Shown piece by piece: positions 54,593 through 64,000 of a stretch of 64,000 bases of DNA. Within the stretch, counting starts at the first letter, position 1, and every line of letters starts with the position of its first letter. The translations under genes and the position numbers were made by a program. The notes under the pieces are model-generated. The model did no database searches and was not told the DNA's origin. It was given only the letters and a program-made list of their open reading frames with translations. Source of the DNA: Hydrolagus affinis (Eukaryota); the NCBI GenBank assembly GCA_012026655.1, contig JAAILG010001456.1, positions 1 through 64,000 on the forward strand, given 5' to 3'.

Positions 54593-54918
54593 TGGAGCTC
54601 CTGTGGCTCAGTGGTTAGAGCACTTGTCTTGAAAGCTGGGGAGGCCTGTGTTCGAATCCAGGCAGGTCAGGGCGAAACCATGGGCAAGTTTCATTACTCC
54701 ACACGACAAATAATAATCCGTCCAAAAAAAAACACAATAATAAAATTGGTCATTTCAATCCACGACTGTTTGTGGGACACTGCTGTGCGCAATTGGCTGC
54801 CACGATTCGCCCACAAATATATAAAGTCAATTAACTTTACAGTATAGCCTGTGAAGCGCTTTGGGACGTCGATAAGATGTGAAAAGCGCTATATCAAATG
54901 CAAGGATTATTATATTAT
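54593..54918 (+). mobile_element. Deu-domain SINE nested in a MITE (mirror copy)
   Basis: Mirror of 11988-12313. Confidence 0.85.
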
Positions 54919-56409
54919 ATCCCCAGAGGGGCCTCCGTCACCCGGCGTCCCTAAACAGCTGATCGCTGGCACGCATTTGCGCCTTCCTACATTTCGACAA
55001 CTTTAGAAAAAATGTACGAAGGTGCAAACCCATGCCAGCGATCAGTTGTTTGGGGATGCAGCGTGAGGGAGGTCCCTCTGGGGATCCTTACAAGAGGCAG
55101 GTAATCCCGCTCCTTTATCTGAATGACTCCGCCCCCTCCCACTCTTCACAACCATTCCATACAGAAATGTGCTGAAGGAACGTAACCCCTATTGATAGCA
55201 TTAGGACCTAGGGTAATTTAGGTTTTGCTATACATTGTTTCACTTAAAATCACACTTTTCAAGAACACATCCCCAACGTTAATTGAGGAGTCCCAGTACT
55301 TAGTTATCAAGTGGATTGAGACTTTGTAGACCGCAAACTACTGTGTCACAATCAGGGCTGCACTATAACATTCTGCTACTAGATATGGTGGTACTTTATA
55401 AATAATATAAAATACTGCATTCTTCTTACAATATATGCTCAGGACATGAAGTGTATTAAAAGGATACTTCTACTTTCTCTTCACTCACCTGGGAGAGAAG
55501 GCGGGTTCAATTCTTAGCGAAGATTTCGCAACATGATAAAGTAAACGATTCAATTAGTTTTATAATAATAATAATTATGGCAAATCCTGTGAAATATCTT
55601 GTTGGTATAATATAAGGTGGAATAAATCCAAAGCAGAAATAAATCTTCTGTAGTGCAGCTGGTAATGAAAGGTTCAGCAACAGTAATGCCTGAAAACCTG
55701 TATAAAAATGAAACTGCAGGTATACGCCCAGATAACCTGCCCTGGTATTTGTTTAGAAATATCCTACACATGGTGGCAGAAGTGTGTTGTGCTTCATACC
55801 ATCCTGCCATTCCTTCCCCCACATTCTGCCCATCAGCTTTTTCTCTGCTCAGTGGCTTCAATTATGCAGGTAAGAAGGACTTGTTAATTGTTGAAGATGT
55901 CGACAGTAGACGTCTCTGTGAGCTGAGCTTCAATGACACAATAGTGATCACTGAGCTACCCACATCTGCTACAGTGAAGCCAGGGCTTCACCAAGTGGCT
56001 CAAAAGAGTGTGGAGAACAAGGAAGGAAATCAGGAGAGTATTAAAGCATATGTTAACATGTTTTGCTGACTTTTATGAAAACAATTTCTCAAAGATAAAT
56101 TTGTCCACTCCTGAAACACAATACCAAATAATTGAATACATTATTCATTGGCAATTATTGTCAGAAATGAAAGGCTTGACTGCAGTGGTATTTGCATTCT
56201 AAATATTAAAGTTGATTAAGCAAATCATCCCAGGGAAACAACAGAGAAGGTACTGATTGCATTTTGATATTACCAGTGGAAGACCAGACCTTCAAATACT
56301 TGAATAGTAAAATAAAGGAGGAAAAACAAATGAATGTTTTCTGTAATAAAATCCAGTGTGGTTTGATATCTTCACCTTCTCTCTTCCATTGCTGCTTGGA
56401 TGTACTCAG

Positions 56410-56508
56410 TAAGCTGCATCTTCCTAACTCTCCTCCCCCTCTAAATGAGGGAGAAAGCTTGGTTAGCCGAATCCTGCAGCTTGGGCCTTCAGGAACCAAA
56501 TTCCTTGG
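56410..56508 (+). CDS. ANK2: Ankyrin-2 99-nt alternative exon (mirror copy)
   Basis: KLHLPNSPPPLNEGESLVSRILQLGPSGTKFLG. Confidence 0.88.
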
Positions 56509-57517
56509 GTAGGAGAGATTAACAAAATGTTCAGAGAAGAATTTATTGGATGCAGCCTCGCTATATTCCCCGCACCTTTCACGATATTTTTTAAAAATTT
56601 GTTTAAGAAGATCTTTTTTTCCTGACTTTATCCCTTGTGTTTTTTTTAATATTGTATATGTATAATTTAAATGTTGGCACGTTTGAGCACATTTGCCAGA
56701 TGTATCTTGTCATTGTGATGTTATGTGGCTTTGTGTCGTGATCGTTGCCATAGTTGGGAATGTGTGTATTTAAACCCAGCAAGGAGCCTACTCCCCAGTT
56801 CTCTATCCCTTGCCCTCCTTTTGTTAATTCCTCATGTGTTTGTTGCAAGCCGTTTCCGCTTTATTTTGTTTTTTCCCCTCTCCATGTTAAACAGTGTATT
56901 AAACTGTAGTCTGTAACAAAATGAACTGGAAAGAGATTGAAGTGCTGTTGTGAACGATATAATTCAAATGTGATACAGTTTATGTCTTGTTTCCTGCTTA
57001 TAGGCCATGATTCTGTTAGGATTTAAAACAGTTAAGTCCTGGGACTTAATATGACTTAACTTTTTAAACCCCAAAGGTTAAGTCCAAACCAGTATCTTGC
57101 CTATTCATATACAATGTGCAACTATTGTCTCTGTTTTCCCTTTGTCTATTTCTGTCCTGTAATATAATTTTTCTATCTTAATTGTTCGGTGTCTTTTCAT
57201 TAATTTTATTTTAACATGAAGTCACAATACATTAGCAGTTAACATGAGACACTTGGGAAGGAATCAAGAGTGAAGGAGGAAAAGTAACAAAATACATGCA
57301 TGAATAATAATACAATCAATATTGTCTTTTTCAATCTAATTTACATTACTTTTGTTGATATTTTCTTTACTATCTTTTACTGTTCATTATCTTCTGATAT
57401 ATTTTGCTACTCTATTTTGCTGCCCGATTCATTTATTAATTTGGACCTACCTTGATTGCACTAGGTGGACAAAAATGTTTACCTAATTACCTAATTAATT
57501 CCTTTCTCATCCAAGGA

Positions 57518-58280
57518 ATCTGGGCGTCTTGTTTGACACTGAACTGTCCTTCCTCCCCCAAATCCGCACCATGACCTGTACTGCCTTCCACCACCTCCGC
57601 AACATTGCCAGACTCCGCCATTGCCTCACCCTCCTGCTGCCGAAACATTTGTTCATGCATTCATCATGTCAAGGCTCAACTACGGGAACTCTCTGCTTAT
57701 CAGCCTTCCCAGCTCCTCCCTTCACAAGCTGCAGCTTATTCAGAATTCTGCAGCTCGTGTACTCTCCCGCACTAGGCTCCGCGACCACATAACTCCCACC
57801 CTCGCCCGTCTCCACTGGCTCCCCATCCCCCAGAGGATCGAATTCAAGAATTAAAACATGTCCTCACTTTCAAGGCCATTCACGGCCTTGGCCCCACCTA
57901 TCTCTCCAACCTGCTGTCTCCCTATCAGCCTGCCCGCCCCCTCCGTTCAGCCGGCTCTGGCTTGCTCCATATTGCCCTCCCAACCGCCCTACGATCGGTG
58001 GCCGTGCTTTCAGCCACTCTGTGCCCCCACACTCTGGAACTCCATCCCGCAATCCCTTCGCCTCGCTTCCTCTCTTTCCTCCTTCAAGGCCGGTCTTAAG
58101 ACCTTCCTCTTCGACCGTGCCTTCTGCTGCCTTCCTAACTCTCCCCCCTTTCCTACTCTCTGTCCCCTTGCCCCTTCCATCCCACCCCCTCCCCCCCGCT
58201 TGGGTCTGACCTAACTGTTCAGTGCCTTAGGATGTCCTCCCGACGTAAAGGTGCTCTATAAATGCCATTTTGTTGTTGTT
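57518..58280 (+). mobile_element. L2 LINE fragment (mirror copy)
   Basis: Mirror of 8626-9388. Confidence 0.88.
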
Positions 58281-60423
58281 ATTTGTCTCATAGATTCATG
58301 CTTTTCCTACTTTTGATTCTGACTTTGTTTCACGTTCAACTTTTGTGGCATTGCTTTTTACATCATTCCACATCTGATGCTGTTTCACCAATTTTCCATA
58401 AGTTTGTGAGAAATTGCAAGGTTCGGATGCCTTTCTACTTAGCCTTCAGTGAAACCCCATGTCCACAGGACTCTTTGTTGATTTGAACTTGCAAACCCTG
58501 TAGTTTTTATAGTCAACAAACAGACTGGAAAGAACATTAACAGACTGCTCAGCCTCAGTACTGAATTAGTGATCCAGAATTGTTATTATTTGTGCAGAGC
58601 ATCACCAAGAGATATTGTGCTAAATGCTAGTCAGAAAACACAGAGGTAACATTTTATTTTGGAATTAATGTATCACCATAGCACCTTAACTTGCAGAGTT
58701 GAAAACATTTGCACTTCTGAGTTTGCCTTGGATTAATGTAGATTTGCCTGGGTTTGTCAATCATTCCTCCTTGTAGTCAGTTCAACCTCATGTTACTCTC
58801 CCTTCGTGAGGAACATTTGTTCAGATAAGGTATTGATTTTATGAACCTCAGAATAGCGAAGGACTGATTTGACTCACATGCTTCAAACTGAACCTTTCAG
58901 TACCAAATCAACTGGAGAGTGATTTTACTGAAGAATATTTTCACTAGGTATTTTGCAATATAAATAGTGACTTGGAAAAAAAAACACCTTGTAGTACTTG
59001 GACAAATCACAAGGGCAGTTCTAATTAAAAGAAATTTTAAATGTTAGTTAAGGAGGATATAGTTCTTCATTACATTACAAGATCTGGATCTTTAAAACCT
59101 TACATAGTTAATGTAAACAAACTCAGACTGCATCATTTGCACTGTGAATATAGAACTATACAATATAGTTTTACATTGAATAAGATTCAAGTAAAACTAG
59201 AGATTAGAAGGACCTTTTTGCCCACAGGTTAGTGGATGTATTAAACAGACAGCCAGCAAAGCCAATTAACATTACAATGCGTAACTCTTTTTAAATTTAA
59301 AAAACCTGGAAAATTAATTACCTGCCAAAGTATGGCATTGGAAGTTATAGGCTTGTTCGGGAGCAGCAGGATTTAGGGTTGAATAGTGGATTTGTGGCAA
59401 TGGTTATTGATGGAAATTCTGGAATTTTACCTTGATCAACGTAGGGAAATGGAGAATTCGTGCAGAACTTTTCCCCAGGATATTTAGTGAATTGTCTAAA
59501 GTCCATAATAGGATAGGATTTGTACAGTTTGTGGAACGAGGAACCTTCATAGACAAAATTCCCTTCTCAATCCATATTTTGTTTCTGTTCCTCATCTTAA
59601 TCAAGAAATAACTGGGAAATCCTATTGTATTTATTCATTAGTTTTAGTGTTGTCGAGTGTATTCTTTTATTTATGGAAACTGTAAATTAGTGCCAGTTTA
59701 CCAGGGTTCAGGGTTGCTTCTGATTCTAGTGCAATGACAACAGAAAGTGCTTATTAACACTTTTATAATGTAAGCAAACACTGACTGAATTAATAAGTAC
59801 TCTGATTTTATTTTTGTGGCATAAAATATCAGATGATTAAGTGTTTTATGTGTTGTGAATCAATTTAACTCTGCTAATTGTCATTCGATTCCCAATTGTT
59901 TAAGTTCTAGGGATCATTAGGTGGATGATCATAGCTGAATGGTCGCAGTCACCTAAAACTCTTACTCAATCAGATGCAACAACTAAAATGAATTAAGCTT
60001 TTTCTAATCTCAATATAAACTGCCTGACGAAGAAGTACCATTAGCAGGAATCAGGATGAATGGTGAATAGGTCCCACTCTCGGACCTAGTGGAATGAGGT
60101 TTCCTAGAATTGAGTTGCGAACGGGAAGAAAATAAAACATGTAAAAAGAAAGCCAAACGCACGATTTCTTTTAACTAGTTTTGAGTTTAAAAATGCTGCT
60201 TCAGTGATATCACAGCCTTCATATTCCACATAATTTGAGATGAAAGTTAAACACTAAGGCAAAATTTTCTGTTCTATAACTTCTATCTAATTATATTGAA
60301 CGATGAACGCCAGCTCACTTTGTTACAGACTATGCATGAAAAATGGTAGAGAGTAGAATTGAGACATTCCAGAATTTTTTTTTGCAAATCCCTTGCTCAC
60401 TTTTCTGATGTCTGGTGTGACAG

Positions 60424-60578
60424 GCCAGTGATTGTGGAGATCCCACATTTTGCTGCAGTGCGTGGGAAAGAACGAGAGCTGGTGGTGCTACGCAGTGAGA
60501 CTGGAGAGATCTGGAAAGAGCACCAGTGTGAATACACTGAGGAAGAACTGAATGAAATATTGAATGGAATGGACGAAG
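60424..60578 (+). CDS. ANK2: Ankyrin-2 ZU5-A exon (mirror copy)
   Basis: [24 protein letters not shown]...GMDE. Confidence 0.92.
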
Positions 60579-61234
60579 GTAACTGCTGCTTGGAGATGGG
60601 CACAAATAATGAAGCTGTGAATCAACAAAGGATATATCGAATGATCTTGAATCATAGCTGCTCAGTTATGGGTCCAGCATACTTGATGCATTTTGTATTT
60701 TGAAAAATCATATGACTATTCTGTTGCCTAGTACACAACACTCTGAATATTACCAAGCTACAACAGACTTGGATTTTAAAACAAGTGTTTTCTCAAGTGT
60801 AAAGGTTTTCAGTGTCACTCCTGTGTTGCTCCACTCACTGATCCATGGGTTGACAAGTTGGATCTGTGCTGCAAGGAAAACGTCTTCCAATAATATTAAA
60901 TATTGTGTATCAAGTCTAAATTCTTATATCCATGATTAGTGCAAATTTATGCTTTTGAATTAGACAACAACAATAAAATTACATTTATAGAGCGCCTTTC
61001 ACGTCGAGAGGACGTCCCAAGGCTCTGAACTGTTAAGTCGGGACCTGAGTGGGGTGGGGGGAGGGGGGCGCGGCGGAATAGTGGGCAGGAGAAGGTGAGT
61101 AGGAGAGGGGAAAGAGTTAGGAGGGGAGTAGAAGACATGGTCTAATAGTTGTCTATTAGGTAGTAAAATTGAGTCCATGCCTTGCACCTCAACAGAAATA
61201 GCATTTGGATTGCCTTGTTTTGTTCCCGCTATAG

Positions 61235-61446
61235 TGCTTGACAGTCCAGAAGAACTTGATAGAAAGCGTATTTGCCGCATCATCACCAGAGACTTTCCAC
61301 AGTACTTTGCAGTGGTGTCCAGGATCAGACAGGACAGCAACCTGATTGGACCTGAAGGAGGTATACTGAGCAGTACTGTAGTACCACAGGTTCAGGCTGT
61401 ATTCCCTGAAGGAGCCTTAACCAAAAGGATTAGAGTTGGACTTCAG
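61235..61446 (+). CDS. ANK2: Ankyrin-2 ZU5 exon (mirror copy)
   Basis: [28 protein letters not shown]...VGLQ. Confidence 0.92.
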
Positions 61447-61614
61447 GTAAGTGCAGCTTCTCAAAGTTTAAAAATGTATAAGGTTTGGTATAACTTATTA
61501 AACACACATTCTATTTGATTTATAATTCATAAATGTGAATGGGGAATATTAATAATGTAGTTTAATTTGCAGACACTATTGCATATTCATTACTGCTGTG
61601 TTTTTAATATCAAG

Positions 61615-61819
61615 GCCCAGCCTATGCACATTGAACTAGTCAAGAAGATTCTGGGCAACAAGGCAACCTTCTGCCCAATTGTCACCTTGGAGCCCAGAAG
61701 AAGGAAGTTCCATAAACCTATTACTATGACGATTCCTATTCCCAAATCTTCTCCCGATGGACTGATGAATGGTTATGGTGGAGATACTCCAACTCTCAGG
61801 TTACTTTGTAGTATAACAG
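61615..61819 (+). CDS. ANK2: Ankyrin-2 ZU5-B exon (mirror copy)
   Basis: [16 protein letters not shown]...LLCSIT. Confidence 0.92.
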
Positions 61820-63053
61820 GTATGATTTTTGGTACAGTACTTGGTTTTAAATAGTAGAGATACACACTAAGGTCATGGTCTTGAAGAAAAATTGAGTCAA
61901 CCGTAGTTAAATGTACACTCCCAACAAGAACGCATTATCTTTACAAATGGGAATTACTGTCTGAGGAAATTAAGATGGGTAATCTCGTGTGTTACAGGAA
62001 TCTGGATTGATGTAGCTTGCTTATATGTTATTTCTGATCAGATTGCAAAGACAAAAAGCGATCCCAAAAATTGTCTTTTTGGTTTTTTTAACATTACTAA
62101 GAGTTGGTCACATATTTGCCTCTTTAGAGTAGTAAAATGAACTTTGTTGAAAGTCGCCAGGTTGTGCAATGGAGAGTCGCAAGAGCTTTGAAACGAGAAC
62201 AGAACCATTCACCAGCACAATTCACACTGCCCGAGACCTCATTTATATTGAATATTTAATGATAAATCTCTGTCAAAGGCACAGTGATTCACTGCCAAAT
62301 GTGCAATCTAACTTGAGTTACAAGTAGCCATTACTTTCTGGTTGAGGATATTGTTATGTGTCAATCTTGATCACCATCATGAAGCAAATCTCTTATAACT
62401 CAAATGCTGCCTCTCAATCAGTTACCTCTGATGAAGACAGTAATCAAGAGGAATCTACTCACATTGTGTGATTTATCTTCAATTACAATTAAACAGTAAC
62501 ATGGGAAACCCTTATCATTCGTAATGGATGGTAAGAGTACATAGATTTATAGAAATTAAAGTACTGTCTGTAAATAAAATGATATCCAGAGCAGATAAGC
62601 CTGGTTAATAAAAGCCCAAACTCTGGGGAAATCGATCTGCTAATTTCAACGGTAGGAAACTACAACTCACAAGAGCTAAATTGACAATACGAGACCACAG
62701 CCATGATATTGTAAGGACCAGCAATGAAAACCACAATAAAATACACAGTACAAATTTATATTTATAAAGTACCTTTCACATCAGGGGGACATCCCAAACA
62801 AAACTAAGACAAGGAGTGTAAATGATTTAATTAGAAAGTTAAGCCATGCTGCTTTTTAAGTCTAATTGTTGAATACAAAATGGCAAATTTGCCAGACATC
62901 GAAAAAAAATCTAACACTGTTGTATTTTTAAATCTTGCCAGTTTAGGGAGTTGCCGGCTTTTGGATTATTGAGGCTTTATTGTATAGGAATACAAGTTAC
63001 TGTTGTATTTGTAATAATAATGTCGTGATTTCAGGTATTGTTTTTCTTTCCAG

Positions 63054-63150
63054 GTGGAACAACCCCAGCCCAATGGGAAGATATAACGGGAACTACACCT
63101 TTATCATTTGTCAATGAATGTGTTTCTTTCACAACAAATGTATCAGCCAG
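63054..63150 (+). CDS. ANK2: Ankyrin-2 ZU5-B exon (mirror copy)
   Basis: [16 protein letters not shown]...VSAR. Confidence 0.92.
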
Positions 63151-63906
63151 GTAAGGATTTTCAAGAAGAAATTCATTCAAGCTTGCAATTGTTAACAAGT
63201 TACAGCATGAGCAAGCAACTTGCACTTGTCCATCAGCTGAGATGCTAAACCAAGATCCCATCTGCTTATTCAGATGGTATCCGTATCTTCTAGGATCCTG
63301 ACCAACAACCCTTTGGATAACTCCTTTGGGATTGGAGTGAAATATATGGTGATAATTATCACTGATGATAATTATGGTTTGACCAGAAGTTGGTGGAGTT
63401 TACTGTGTGTTGCCACCTTTGCAGCCACCACTTTCATTCCCGCTGTACAGAATATCAGTCAAATCTGATTAGCCTTCACTGTGTTCCTTTCAAAAGGCAG
63501 TGATATGTATGGATGTAGGATGTTCACTCCCAAACATATTGATAGTTCAGGACAAGTTTGATCACTATTATAAAAAATAATCCTTGCATTTCGAATAGCA
63601 TTTTCACGTCAGGATGATGTACTGTAAAGGGGTTATCACATTGCAAATTATCACATCATTTAGCACAATTTTCACTTCAATGTTCTGTTGTAGTCTCATG
63701 GTGACAGAATTGCATTTTCGCAAACCGAGCATTAACAATAAGGTTCTATTCCAGAGGACAAATGTCTTGAAGACTTGTTGCTCTTACCAAAGTGATCAAC
63801 AAGAAAATTCAGGTGCTTTAGTATTATGTGTTCAGTCTCATGCATTAAAAAAAATTGAGAGCATTAAAATGTACACAGCTCAGAAAATAAACCTTTTTTT
63901 TTTCAG

Positions 63907-64000
63907 ATTCTGGCTCATAGACTGCCGACAGATCCAGGAATCTGTTAACTTTGCCACACAAGTGTACAGAGAGATTATCTGTGTACCATACATGGCCAAA
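63907..64000 (+). CDS. ANK2: Ankyrin-2 exon (mirror copy, cut by the window end)
   Basis: [31 protein letters not shown]. Confidence 0.9.

Larger units (their letters stand above)
33589..64000. repeat. Right arm of the giant inverted duplication (reverse complement of 2906-33317)
   Basis: Constant coordinate sum of 66906; identical ORF translations and identical spot-checked sequence. Confidence 0.98.

Noticed and set aside
54594-54665. tRNA-like sequence with A and B boxes (also near 37748 and in the mirror copies)
   Set aside because: It continues directly into the SINE body and tail, so it is a SINE head rather than a tRNA gene.
35849-64000. A second ANK2 paralogue
   Set aside because: Introns and repeats appear identical to the left copy, so this is not a diverged paralogue.

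Overview
Vertebrate genomic DNA, probably a cartilaginous fish (inferred from its CR1, L2 and Deu-domain SINE repeats). It holds the middle exons of an ankyrin-2 (ANK2, ankyrin-B) gene: the linker after the ankyrin repeats, ZU5-A, ZU5-B and UPA. The dominant structure is a giant, apparently perfect inverted duplication in which position x mirrors 66906-x (2906-33317 versus 33589-64000), centred on a 100-N gap (33318-33417) that lies inside a hAT-like element. The two ANK2 fragments point away from each other and neither has the upstream ankyrin-repeat exons, so an assembly or scaffolding artefact is the most likely explanation. The more plausible biology is a set of frame-preserving phase-2 cassette and microexon candidates (12, 180, 33, 45 and 99 nt) plus tandem in-frame acceptors in the linker/ZU5 region. 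There is also a hairpin-bearing Tigger-like MITE interrupted by a SINE with a 6-bp target-site duplication. I found no convincing previously undescribed biological system. Protein comparisons are from memory of human ANK2, not from a database search.
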